Below, piece after piece: positions 8,946 through 18,161 of a DNA stretch of 42,884 nucleotides (positions are counted from its first letter, which is position 1; each line of letters begins with the position of its first letter). The stretch is from Candidatus Micrarchaeia archaeon (GTDB lineage: Archaea > Micrarchaeota > Micrarchaeia > Anstonellales > Bilamarchaeaceae). The notes under the pieces are model-generated. The model did no database searches, was not told the DNA's origin, and saw nothing but the letters and a program-made list of their open reading frames with translations. Position numbers and translations under genes: made by a program. Location of the stretch: contig JBKHJL010000005.1 in the NCBI GenBank assembly GCA_046538155.1, positions 1-42,884 on the forward strand. Reading direction: 5' to 3'.

Positions 8946-9481
8946 AATGGTTCACCCCCAACAAGCACATGCCTCATCAAAATCTGCATTGCAAATGCAG
9001 CCATTGATTCCTTTTTTTCAGACCAGGCAGAAAGCGCAAGGTGGGTCACCTGCAGGTCTTTGCCCAGTTTTTCCTGGATTGCGGAAATTTTCTTATCATC
9101 AAGCTTTCCGCCAACCACCAGCAGGTCAATATCGCTTTTCTCATCGTAACCCCCACTAACTGAGCTCCCGTACACGGCCATGCTGATATAATTTTTTGCT
9201 GCCTTTTCAATTCCCGCTTCATGCAGGGCAGACAACAGATAAAGCGATTTTGCCTGCTTTACCAGGTAAAATTCATTGTTAAGGGAAAACACACGGGCGG
9301 TTCCAATCCTTTTCTCCAAAAGCACTTCCGCCTGCACATAATGGTCACAGTACTTCTTTGCTGCAGAAGCAGACATCCCTGCAGCCCTTGCCGCGTCCCT
9401 CAGTGTAAAATTCCCCCCTGGTTCTTTAAAGAAGACTTCGAGCAGGCGGAACCCCCCGCAGCCAGGCAATATGCTTTCCAT
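8942..9481 (-). CDS. wHTH-fused minimal nucleotidyltransferase (MNT antitoxin)
   Basis: N-terminal HTH (TLRDAARAAGMSASAAKK) and YGSSVSGGYDEKSDIDLLVV. Confidence 0.92.
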   Translation of the reverse strand: MESILPGCGGFRLLEVFFKEPGGNFTLRDAARAAGMSASAAKKYCDHYVQAEVLLEKRIGTARVFSLNNEFYLVKQAKSLYLLSALHEAGIEKAAKNYISMAVYGSSVSGGYDEKSDIDLLVVGGKLDDKKISAIQEKLGKDLQVTHLALSAWSEKKESMAAFAMQILMRHVLVGGEPL

Positions 9482-9490
9482 GATTAACTT

Positions 9491-9525
9491 AACAATCGTT
9501 CTTTTTAAAAAACAATCGTTCTTTT
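9491..9525. promoter_or_regulatory. Direct repeat pair flanking the TATA box of the MNT-HEPN operon (putative operator)
   Basis: aacaatcgttctttt at 9491-9505 and 9511-9525, 20-bp period, around TTTTTAAA. Confidence 0.6.
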
Positions 9526-9717
9526 AACAGAACAGAAAATCAGCTAAGTTTCTCAAGAGAATGCGACAGGCTTATCGTGGAAGGCACCCCAGAACAGCTT
9601 GAGGCCGCCCTCAAAATACTTAACCAGTTTAAAGGGCAATAGCCCTTACTTTTTTATCCCTCAATTTTCTTTCGGAAAACCCAAAACAGGTAACGCTAAA
9701 CCCAACACGCGGAAAAT

Positions 9718-9790
9718 TGGGCCCGCCCGGATTCGAACCGGGGATATCTACCATGTCAAGGTAGCGTCTTAACCACTGGACCACGGGCCC
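9718..9790 (-). tRNA. tRNA-Val(GAC)
   Basis: GGGCCCG acceptor, CTACC-TTGACAT-GGTAG anticodon arm, CCCGG-TTCGAAT-CCGGG T-arm. Confidence 0.97.
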
Positions 9791-9844
9791 GCTTCTATTC
9801 TTTCTGTCCATAAAGTTTTTAATCCTCCTCTAATTTATTTTCCC

Positions 9845-10753
9845 ATGGCGCCCAGTGACCAGCAGCCGCGCTCAAGAGCGCGCTCCCCAGCTTCCGGCAG
9901 CCCCCAATCCCGCCCCAGAGTTATTGATGAGGGGGCAAGCGACATAACCAAGAATCTCTCGCTTCTTGAAAAAACAAGGCGCACCCTGAGGCTCATTTCC
10001 CCGAACATCTCAGAGAACAGGCTCCTCCACCCGGTGACAGGGGGAGACCCCACCCGCTTCCTTCTTGCAGTGGTTTCTTCAATGAGCGAGGCAGAAAAAA
10101 GGTGGTCTGGAAACAGGGAGCTTACGCTTATACGGACCAGGGAATCCCTGTACATAGACCCGCCAAGGGAGGGCAGGAGAAAGCCCTCACCGGTGATGGC
10201 CGGCTCTTTCCTCCTTTCTTCATTTCCCCCGTCTTCAATTGCGAAGGACAAGGCGCTTTCACAGTTCATCCATAATATATTCATAGAGGTTGCCCAGGAG
10301 GGAGGCAGGAGGCTTTATCTTTTCCCTGTTGAAAATGGAATAAAGGGCGCATTGCAGAAGTTCCCTGCCGGAAAAGAAGCCCAGGAGGAAAAAGAGCAGC
10401 CGGTTATGCTCTCCTCCCTGACTCCTGCTTCTGTGGCAGAGGCAAGAAGGGTGCTCCTTGAGCCTGAGGTTCAGGAAGGCGCCCCCCTGGACCTTGAGCG
10501 CATCCATGATAATCTTGAGGAAGCGGTTTCCAATACTTTTGATGATGACTCCATCAGGCCATTTTCCCTGCTTAAACTATCAGGGGGCGCGGCTTTCCGC
10601 CTTTACCCTTATGGCAAATACCCCCCGCAAGCAGGGATTCCCGAGGGATGCGAACTTATCCTTTCCCAGGAAAACTATTACCTTGTGATGCCGGAAATGG
10701 TTGCAACGAGGCTTTCCGAGCAGCTGCTTTCCAGCCACTTATCCTCTAAGTAG
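9845..10753 (+). CDS. Hypothetical protein
   Basis: 302-aa ORF filling the gap, TTTTTAA about 25 nt upstream; no motif recognised. Confidence 0.65.
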   Translation: MAPSDQQPRSRARSPASGSPQSRPRVIDEGASDITKNLSLLEKTRRTLRLISPNISENRLLHPVTGGDPTRFLLAVVSSMSEAEKRWSGNRELTLIRTRESLYIDPPREGRRKPSPVMAGSFLLSSFPPSSIAKDKALSQFIHNIFIEVAQEGGRRLYLFPVENGIKGALQKFPAGKEAQEEKEQPVMLSSLTPASVAEARRVLLEPEVQEGAPLDLERIHDNLEEAVSNTFDDDSIRPFSLLKLSGGAAFRLYPYGKYPPQAGIPEGCELILSQENYYLVMPEMVATRLSEQLLSSHLSSK

Positions 10754-12109
10754 GAGAAAAAGGGGATTGCAGAGAAACAGCAGGCCCCACCAGCCCGAAG
10801 CAATGCTTCCTTTTGCAACTGAAGCCCAAATGAATATTGCGCCCAGCAGCAGCTGGAGGAATGCAGAGAACAAAATTGTTCCCTTCCCAAAACCCCCGGA
10901 GCCGAAAATTGTTTTCAGGGTTGCAACGATGCGGGGAACGGCAACCGAGAAGTTCAGCAGGTATGCAAACAGCCCCACCCTGAATGAGCCTGAATATATT
11001 TTTGCAAGTATCAGCAATGCCCCCACATTTGAGAGCAGGTAGGCAAGGGAGGCGGCCTCTCCAGGCTGGGAGTTCCACAATGCAGCAAGCAGGGCTATTG
11101 CTGCTGCAGCAAGCTGCACAAGCGATACATAGTGGAGCCCCAGCGCATGCACAACCATTATTGCTTTTTTCTCCAGGGAAAATCCCCAGATGTTCCTTGC
11201 ATATTCTGGAATCAGGGATACAACACCGGAGATGTAGCGCATGTGCTGGGAGCAGAACCGGCTGAACCTGCCCACGGGCGCGCCTTCTGCGTATACTTTT
11301 GGGACGTGTTCTGCCTTCCACCCTTTCCACAGAAGCTTTAGGGAAACAGCCACATCCTCAATAAGGGAATGCGGGAATCCCCCCACTCCCCGGAGTGCAG
11401 ATACCCTGAAAATTCCGCAGGAACCTGTAAACAGCCCGACTCCTTTGCGGGTGTTTATGGGCTGAATCAGGTTAACGAATGCCGCATTTGTATAGTCTGC
11501 TGCGCGCTCAAACAGCCCGTCTCCCCCGCACTTCTTGTTGGTCTGGACAAATGCAACCCCCGGCCTTTCAAAATGGCCCATGGTTTCCCTGAAAAATGAG
11601 GTGTCCCCCACTACCTCATCCCCATCAAAAACTGCGAGAAATTCTGCATCTGTTCTGCTGAGCAGGGCATTAAGTGCACCCGCCTTTCCCCCTTCCGGAT
11701 CTTTCCTGTGGAGGAGTTTTACCCCCTCTTTTTTGCACAGGGCTTCTACCCTGCCCGCTTTTTCCTGGTCCTGGGTGTCATCAAGCACCGTTATTTCCAC
11801 CTCGCCCGGCGCGTCCACTCCCTTTATGGACATGATACATTTCTCAAGGCGCCGCATGTCCGGCTCAAAAACCGGAATCCCCACGGCAATTTTTCCTGTT
11901 TTCTGTTTTGGGAGGCAAATTCCCTTCCTGAGCTTTTCTGCCTCAGTTATGTACTGTGCCCCGCTTGCATTGAAAAAGAGGGAGAATACGGCTATCAGTA
12001 GGGAAGCGGCTGCAGCCAGCCCCCCTGCTCCAAGGAACCAGAGAAGCGATGCAACAACCGCAAGAAGCGAGAGAATGAAAACAGAACCAACAATCAGGAG
12101 GCTGCGCAT
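10739..12109 (-). CDS. Membrane GT2 glycosyltransferase, cellulose-synthase-like
   Basis: LDD, GGKAGALN, VFDGD, FVQT, FTGS, IEDV, QHMRY (for QxxRW); N- and C-terminal TM helices. Confidence 0.9.
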   Translation of the reverse strand: MRSLLIVGSVFILSLLAVVASLLWFLGAGGLAAAASLLIAVFSLFFNASGAQYITEAEKLRKGICLPKQKTGKIAVGIPVFEPDMRRLEKCIMSIKGVDAPGEVEITVLDDTQDQEKAGRVEALCKKEGVKLLHRKDPEGGKAGALNALLSRTDAEFLAVFDGDEVVGDTSFFRETMGHFERPGVAFVQTNKKCGGDGLFERAADYTNAAFVNLIQPINTRKGVGLFTGSCGIFRVSALRGVGGFPHSLIEDVAVSLKLLWKGWKAEHVPKVYAEGAPVGRFSRFCSQHMRYISGVVSLIPEYARNIWGFSLEKKAIMVVHALGLHYVSLVQLAAAAIALLAALWNSQPGEAASLAYLLSNVGALLILAKIYSGSFRVGLFAYLLNFSVAVPRIVATLKTIFGSGGFGKGTILFSAFLQLLLGAIFIWASVAKGSIASGWWGLLFLCNPLFLLLRG

Positions 12110-12193
12110 CAGGAACTACCAAGAAGGATTGCCCCTAAGTTATTTTTAAAGATTAGCTTCCAATTAATACTGTTGCATCTTTTGGTGAGCAAA

Positions 12194-13192
12194 ATGAAAG
12201 TAGGAATTTCAGGTTTTGGAAGGATAGGGAGGATGTTCCTCCGCGCTGCGGCAGAGTCTGGGGCGTTGGGGCGGGATTGTGATGTTGCCCTGATAAATAC
12301 CCGCAGTGCTGTGGACATAAATGCGCACCTGTTCAAGTATGATTCTGCCCAGGGCAGGTTTCCCGGAACTGTTGAAGCAGGCGAGGATTTCATCTCAGTA
12401 GATGGGTACAGGATAGACTGGACAAGGGAGACACAGCCCGGGAACATCCCCTGGGGGGACCACGAAGTGGATGTAGTGATTGAATCTACTGGTAAATTCA
12501 GGAGCAGGGAGGACTGCCAGGCTCATCTTGACGCGGGGGCGGAGAGGGTTATAATCTCTGCCCCGGGGAAGGACTGCCCGATGGTAGTTCCCGGTGTTAA
12601 CATGGAGTCTGCTGACCGCAATGAAAAGGTTTTTTCCCTTGCTTCATGCACCACCAACTGCCTTGCCCCGGTGGTAAAGGTGCTCAATGATTCTTTTGGA
12701 GTGAAACGGGGCTTCATGACGACTACCCATGCTTACACCAATGACCAGCGTACCCTTGACGGCTCCCACAAGGACTGGCGGAGGGCCCGCGCAGCCGGAG
12801 TTTCAATCATCCCCACCTCCACCGGGGCAGCAAAAGCAATCGGAAAAGTGATACCTGAGCTTGAAGGGAAGATGGATGGGTTTGCCCTCCGTGTCCCGGT
12901 TGTAGACGGCTCAATCACGGACATTACTGTTGAAGTAGATAAGGAGGCAACCTCCGAAGAGGTAAACCAGAAGATGAAGGAGGCGGCAGAGGGCCCCCTG
13001 AAGGGAATTCTCCAGTATCTGGAGGAGCCACTTGTTTCCGTGGACATAATCGGGAATCCCAATTCTTCAATACTTGACAGCGAGTTTACCAAGACCTCAG
13101 GAAACATGGTAAAAGTGGTTTCCTGGTACGATAATGAGTACGGTTATGCAAGCCGGCTGATAGACTTTATCAAATACATGAAGAGCTGGTAG
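12194..13192 (+). CDS. gap: Type I (bacterial-type) glyceraldehyde-3-phosphate dehydrogenase
   Basis: GFGRIGR, ESTG, ASCTTNCLAP, RRARAA, IIPTSTGAAKA, WYDNEYGY; GGTGA SD upstream. Confidence 0.97.
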   Translation: MKVGISGFGRIGRMFLRAAAESGALGRDCDVALINTRSAVDINAHLFKYDSAQGRFPGTVEAGEDFISVDGYRIDWTRETQPGNIPWGDHEVDVVIESTGKFRSREDCQAHLDAGAERVIISAPGKDCPMVVPGVNMESADRNEKVFSLASCTTNCLAPVVKVLNDSFGVKRGFMTTTHAYTNDQRTLDGSHKDWRRARAAGVSIIPTSTGAAKAIGKVIPELEGKMDGFALRVPVVDGSITDITVEVDKEATSEEVNQKMKEAAEGPLKGILQYLEEPLVSVDIIGNPNSSILDSEFTKTSGNMVKVVSWYDNEYGYASRLIDFIKYMKSW

Positions 13193-13197
13193 GATTT

Positions 13198-13890
13198 ATG
13201 GAAAAAGCAATACCAAAGCACATCGCCATCATCCCTGATGGCAACAGGAGATGGGGCGAGCTCAATGGAATCCCCAGGCAGGAAGCATATGAAACAGGCA
13301 TACGCAAGATAAGCGATGTTCTCAGCTGGTGCATGGAAGAGGGAATAAAGATGATTACAATGTGGGGGTTCTCCACTGAGAATTTCCGCAGGGATTCGGA
13401 AGAGATACACGGGCTTTTCGGGCTTTTTGAGAAGGACCTCCTTGCAGCAGTCACCAGGAGGGATGAGCTCCTGCGCAAGGACGTTAAAGTCCGCTTTCTG
13501 GGCCGCACCGGCCTTTTTCCGGAAAAGATACAGAAGATGTTCAATGAAGTTGAGGAGATGACCAGGGACAAGGGAGGCTATTCCCTGAACCTGCTTCTTG
13601 CATATGGAGGAAGGGCGGAGATAGTGGATGCAGTCAATTCTGCGCTTGAGGAAGGGATAGAAAAAGTGGATGAAGAGCTCCTGAGCAGGCACATGTACAC
13701 TGCAGGGCTCCCTGACCCTGACCTGGTTATCCGCACTTCGGGGGAAAAGAGGCTCTCCGGCCTGCTTCCCTGGCAGACAGTTTACAGTGAAATCCATTTC
13801 AGTGAAAAACTGTGGCCGGATTTTTCAAAGCAGGATTTTCTTGAAATACTTGCCTCTTACAGCAAAACCAGGAGAAGGTTTGGAAAGTGA
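13198..13890 (+). CDS. uppS: cis-prenyltransferase (polyprenyl diphosphate synthase)
   Basis: HIAIIPDGNRRW, FSTENFRR, YGGRAEI, PDLVIRTSGEKRLSGLLPWQ, RRFGK. Confidence 0.97.
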   Translation: MEKAIPKHIAIIPDGNRRWGELNGIPRQEAYETGIRKISDVLSWCMEEGIKMITMWGFSTENFRRDSEEIHGLFGLFEKDLLAAVTRRDELLRKDVKVRFLGRTGLFPEKIQKMFNEVEEMTRDKGGYSLNLLLAYGGRAEIVDAVNSALEEGIEKVDEELLSRHMYTAGLPDPDLVIRTSGEKRLSGLLPWQTVYSEIHFSEKLWPDFSKQDFLEILASYSKTRRRFGK

Positions 13891-14240
13891 TTGTTGAGAA
13901 TAAGCGCAATGGCCGGAAGGTATGCTGCCTGGGGACAGTCTCTTTTTTGCAAAAAGTGCGGGGCCTGATGTGCCGGGAAAGAGTAGTCCCAATTCTTTTT
14001 GATTTTTTCCGGGAGGGAATACACCCAATCCATTCCTTTTTTGTCCCCGGTCCCTTTTTTGCCGTTTACATTTCCTCTGCAATGGAGGTGGTGGACAAGT
14101 TCAGGGTTTCCCCATTTGAGCTTTTGCGGAAGAACAAAGAGCCGGCCCGCTATCTCCTTGAGCTTGGAGAGAAAGATGCTTCGTTTTTTGGAATAGGAGA
14201 TGAGGTTGTTTTTTATGCTGGGATGGAAAATACTGGATGA
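13887..14240 (+). CDS. DUF192-family protein
   Basis: KVRGLM, IHSFFV, ARYLLEL, IGDEV; GTGA overlap with uppS. Confidence 0.75.
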   Translation: MIVENKRNGRKVCCLGTVSFLQKVRGLMCRERVVPILFDFFREGIHPIHSFFVPGPFFAVYISSAMEVVDKFRVSPFELLRKNKEPARYLLELGEKDASFFGIGDEVVFYAGMENTG

Positions 14241-15549
14241 AGGAGAGTATGATGTGAGGCTGCCCCGCCTGAGCGAAGAGGAGGAACAGGTAATCTCACT
14301 TGTTGAGGAGCGTTTCAGGGAGGAGGCAAGGGAAAGCGAGTTTTCTTCTGACCGGGATGTTTCCGGTCTGCTCAGGCAGCTCCTGATTGAATATTCTGAA
14401 GCCGAAGGGATAATCCTGGACCATGACCAGCTGGAATACCTCTCCGAGATGGCCCGCCTCCACATTTATGGGTTTGCATTTATAGAGCCCCTTCTTTCTG
14501 ACTCCTCTATAGAGGAAGTCAGTGTAATTGGGCTGGGCAGGCCTGCCTATGTTTTTGTGAGGGGAGAGGGGTGGAAGCAGGTAAATGCGATGTTCACCGA
14601 TGAGAGGGCGCTCATGGACGTAGTGAACAAGATGGCCCGCCATCTTGGAAGGAGAATCACCCTCCAGAAGCCCAAGCTCAACACAATACTCAAGGATGGC
14701 TCCCGCCTCCATGCAACCCTTCCCCCGCTTTCCCAGGGAGAGCTTACCCTGAGGAAATTCAGCGAAGAGCCGTTTTCCCCAAATGACCTGGTTTCCCTTA
14801 AAACCATGCCTGCCCGCGCCCTGGCCGCCCTCTCCTTCATCATGCAGGCAGACATGTCCCTTGTGGTTGCCGGAAACACAGCAAGCGGAAAAACGACTAC
14901 CCTGAACATGCTGTTTTCCTTTATTCCGAGGAATGAGAGGGTTGTGCTTGCAGAAGAGAGCCCGGAAATAAACATTCCCCATGCCCACAAGGTCCGGCTT
15001 GTGGCAAATGAGGAGATGGGCATCTCGCTCAAGGACCTGGTTTATGATACGCTCAGGATGCGCCCGGACCGGTTTGTGGTGGGGGAGGTCAGGAACCGCC
15101 CGGAAACCGAGGCGCTTTTTGACTCTCTTCTTGGGGGCCAGGCCCGGGGCTGCTATGCAACCTTCCATGCCCAGAGCGTTGAGGAAACCTTCCGCCGTTT
15201 CTCCCTTTTTGGGATAAACGAAATTGATTTCAACAGCATAAATGCTGTTCTTGTTCAGAGGAGGATGCTCAGGTACGACCCCCGCTCCCGCAAAAACACC
15301 GAGATGCGGAGGGTCACGGAGCTCTGCTTCGGGCCCACCAGAAATAAGCCCCTCTTTCGCTATCTTCCGGAAAAAGATTCCTGGGAAGAAGGAGACATGG
15401 GGACATTTTCCGAATCAGTGTGCGCTTCCCTGGGAATTTCCCGCAGTGAGTTCAGGCAGCAGTTTTCCCAGAGGGAAAAATTCCTCAGGAAAAAACTGGA
15501 TTTCAGCGAGTTTTTTGACTCTTTCCAGGAAAAGTTTTATGGGGTTTAG
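14215..15549 (+). CDS. Type II/IV secretion (type IV pilus) ATPase, VirB11/CpaF/TadA family
   Basis: LKDGSRL, TLRKF, Walker A GNTASGKTT, EESPEI, LRMRPDRFVVGEVR, ATFHA. Confidence 0.95.
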   Translation: MLGWKILDEGEYDVRLPRLSEEEEQVISLVEERFREEARESEFSSDRDVSGLLRQLLIEYSEAEGIILDHDQLEYLSEMARLHIYGFAFIEPLLSDSSIEEVSVIGLGRPAYVFVRGEGWKQVNAMFTDERALMDVVNKMARHLGRRITLQKPKLNTILKDGSRLHATLPPLSQGELTLRKFSEEPFSPNDLVSLKTMPARALAALSFIMQADMSLVVAGNTASGKTTTLNMLFSFIPRNERVVLAEESPEINIPHAHKVRLVANEEMGISLKDLVYDTLRMRPDRFVVGEVRNRPETEALFDSLLGGQARGCYATFHAQSVEETFRRFSLFGINEIDFNSINAVLVQRRMLRYDPRSRKNTEMRRVTELCFGPTRNKPLFRYLPEKDSWEEGDMGTFSESVCASLGISRSEFRQQFSQREKFLRKKLDFSEFFDSFQEKFYGV

Positions 15550-15550
15550 A

Positions 15551-17155
15551 ATGGATATTGCAAGATTCCTTTCAGGTCTTTCCGGGAACTTTCCTCCCTT
15601 TCCCCTCCCCAGCAGGGTTTCTGCATATTCCTCAAGGTTTGGCGCAGAGCCCTCCCGTTATCTTTCCCTCTGCTTCCTCCTCCCCCTGCTTCCCGCCCTT
15701 CTAATCTCACTTCTCTTCCTTGCAAGCCCTGTTTATTTTGCTGCAGCATTCTTGTTGGTTTATTCTTTTCTTACCCTTCTGGTGCTTTTCCTGCCCAAGC
15801 TTGCATTTGAGCAAAAGCGCTCGGAGATTGAGGCAGAGCTCCCCCTTTTTTTGAGGACCCTCAGCATGCTTCTGGAGCTGAACATCCCCTTCCACCGCGC
15901 CCTTTCCGCACTTGCAAGGGAGAGCTTTGCAATTTCCCCTGAGCTGAAGGCTGCGGTAAAGGAGGTGGACAGGGGAGCAACCCTTGAGTCTTCCCTCGCC
16001 TCCCTTGCAAAGAGGCTGGAGTCCCTCGAGGTAAAGCGGGCTGTTTCCCAGGTGATTTCTTCATATGAAAGCGGTTCCGGGGCAGCCGGAATAAGGAAAA
16101 TCTCTGATGACCTGTTTTTTCTCCAGCACCAAAAGATGAAGGAGTTTTCCTCAAAACAGGCCCTTCTCTCCCTCCTGTTTATTGCTGTTTCCACAATCCT
16201 CCCTGCGATTTTCCTTATCTTTTCAGTGCTTGGCGCTTCCGTGTTTGAGTCCCCTGCAGACCCGGTCGTTTTTGCCCTCACTTTTCTTCTGGGCTTCCCT
16301 GCTGTTTCCGCTGCCATACTCAAATTCTCTTCCATGCTTTCCCCTGCATACCTGAAAGAGGGCAGGGGGCAGGGCATGGGCATAGTCATCCCATTTGTGG
16401 CGGCAATTTTCCTGGTTGGGCTCTCCCTTCTTGAATTGAGCCCTCTGGTTGTGCTCCTGGTCCTTCTTCTGCTCCTTGTGCTGGCAGTTGCTTATTTTTA
16501 TCCCCAGTACAAGAAGGAAAAATACCGCGAGGCAGTGGAGAAGGGGATTCCCGATGCCCTTCTTTCTGTTTCAGGAAATTCCAAAATTGGGAGGATTGAT
16601 TCGCTTTTTTCAACCATGGCCCGCTCCTCAAATCCTCAGCTTTCCCGAGAACTTTCCATTTCCCTTAAGCAGCTCAGGGCAAACATAAAGCCGGCAAAGG
16701 TTCTGGATGACCTCTGGAGAAGGAATTCATCCCCTATCCTGAAGAGGGTTTCCACTTTCTTTACATACCTTGTGGAAGCAGGAGCGGATACCGGAGCATA
16801 CCTCAGCCTGATGGCCGAGGACATCTTCCGGCTTTTTGAGCTCAGGGGAGAGAGGAGGAACGCCCTCTCAATGCAGAAATACACCCTTATTTTTGGAGCT
16901 TTCATCCTCCCCCTCGTTCTGGGCAACTCACTTTCCCTTATTTCAGGGATTTCTGCTTCCCTTGGGGAGATGGGCGCAATAATTGAAACTGCAGGCTCGG
17001 TGATTCCCGCATACCTTCTAATCTACTGTTTCCTTGCCTCAGGCTTTATCGGTGAAACAGAATCCAGCGCTTCTTCAGGCATGCTTTATTTTGCCGGGCT
17101 TTCGCTTGCCAGCACCATAATCTTTTATCTTTTCTCAGGGATTGCAGGTGTGTGA
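15551..17155 (+). CDS. Type II secretion system F-family membrane platform (TadC/ArlJ-like, two repeats)
   Basis: IEAELPLFLRTLS and VEKGIPDALLSVS repeats, many TM helices, directly after the ATPase. Confidence 0.88.
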   Translation: MDIARFLSGLSGNFPPFPLPSRVSAYSSRFGAEPSRYLSLCFLLPLLPALLISLLFLASPVYFAAAFLLVYSFLTLLVLFLPKLAFEQKRSEIEAELPLFLRTLSMLLELNIPFHRALSALARESFAISPELKAAVKEVDRGATLESSLASLAKRLESLEVKRAVSQVISSYESGSGAAGIRKISDDLFFLQHQKMKEFSSKQALLSLLFIAVSTILPAIFLIFSVLGASVFESPADPVVFALTFLLGFPAVSAAILKFSSMLSPAYLKEGRGQGMGIVIPFVAAIFLVGLSLLELSPLVVLLVLLLLLVLAVAYFYPQYKKEKYREAVEKGIPDALLSVSGNSKIGRIDSLFSTMARSSNPQLSRELSISLKQLRANIKPAKVLDDLWRRNSSPILKRVSTFFTYLVEAGADTGAYLSLMAEDIFRLFELRGERRNALSMQKYTLIFGAFILPLVLGNSLSLISGISASLGEMGAIIETAGSVIPAYLLIYCFLASGFIGETESSASSGMLYFAGLSLASTIIFYLFSGIAGV

Positions 17156-17161
17156 TTTCCG

Positions 17162-17617
17162 ATGCCCCAGCTTTTTGCAGAATTGGCCCTTCTTCTCGGG
17201 AACGAGGTCGTTTTTTTCCTTGTGCTGGGCATGCTGGTGTTCCTTGCTGAGAAGCGGCCGGAGAAGCGCAAAAAAATAATCCTGGGGATTGTCGTGGTTT
17301 CCCTCATGGTAATGGGGCTGAAGAACCTGTTTGCGGTTGAGCGCCCCTGCACAGGGGATGCTGCAGAACACGGCTGCCCGTCCTTTCCTTACCTGGAACA
17401 TTCATTTCCCAGCGGACATGCTGCAGTTGCCTTCCTCGTGATGATTGCTTTTCTGGACAAGAAGCCCTTTCCTGTTTTCTGGCTGTTTGCATTGCTTATT
17501 GCTTATACCCGGATTTTTCTCGGGGTGCACACTTTTGCGGATATTGCAGGCGCCCTGGTGCTTGCGCCAATTGCTTATTACGTAACTGATATCTTGTGGG
17601 GTAGGTATTTTGCGTGA
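17162..17617 (+). CDS. PAP2-family membrane phosphatase
   Basis: KNLFAVERP, SFPSGHA, TRIFLGVHTFADI. Confidence 0.94.
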   Translation: MPQLFAELALLLGNEVVFFLVLGMLVFLAEKRPEKRKKIILGIVVVSLMVMGLKNLFAVERPCTGDAAEHGCPSFPYLEHSFPSGHAAVAFLVMIAFLDKKPFPVFWLFALLIAYTRIFLGVHTFADIAGALVLAPIAYYVTDILWGRYFA

Positions 17618-18161
17618 AATCAACAGGCAGGTTTTCCACATACTTATGGGAATATGCCTATTGCTCGTGCTGCTTGGTTTCGGTAGGAGCAAGACAATCT
17701 ATTTTCTTTTTGGGGTCCTCTTTGTGGGCTTTCTCCTGATAAACCTGGTTTCCCGTGGAATAAATGTCCCTGTTGCCACCTGGTTTGTGGAAAAGTTTGA
17801 GAGGAAGGGTGCCCCTTTACCGGGTTATGGCTCTGCCTGGTACGTTGTGGGCCTGCTTATGCTCTGCCTCCTGATTAGTGATGTTTATTCGCTTTCTGCA
17901 GGGATAATTGTCTTTGCTTTCGGGGATTCCGCCTCCACCATTTTCGGCTCCCTGGGAAAGCGCCCCCTTTTTTACAATCCCCGGAAAACCCTTGAGGGAA
18001 CCCTTGCATTTTTTGTCCTCTCCATGCTGAGCTTTTTCTTTATAGGGTGGAATGCGGTCCCCCTGGCCCTTTTTGCTGCATTTATTGAATCCCTCCCTCT
18101 GGGCATAGATGATAATCTTACAATCCCCCTGGCATGCTCGCTGTTTTTCTACCTTGTTTAG
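17610..18161 (+). CDS. Dolichol/phytol kinase-like CTP-dependent membrane kinase (SEC59/DGK1/VTE5 family)
   Basis: EINRQVFHI, GDSASTIFG, KTLEGT, IDDNLTIP. Confidence 0.9.
   Translation: MREINRQVFHILMGICLLLVLLGFGRSKTIYFLFGVLFVGFLLINLVSRGINVPVATWFVEKFERKGAPLPGYGSAWYVVGLLMLCLLISDVYSLSAGIIVFAFGDSASTIFGSLGKRPLFYNPRKTLEGTLAFFVLSMLSFFFIGWNAVPLALFAAFIESLPLGIDDNLTIPLACSLFFYLV

Noticed and set aside
14296..15168. 290-aa antisense ORF, and similar long shadow ORFs opposite GT2, alaS and the dehydrogenases
   Set aside because: Fully overlap well-supported genes on the other strand and show no motifs
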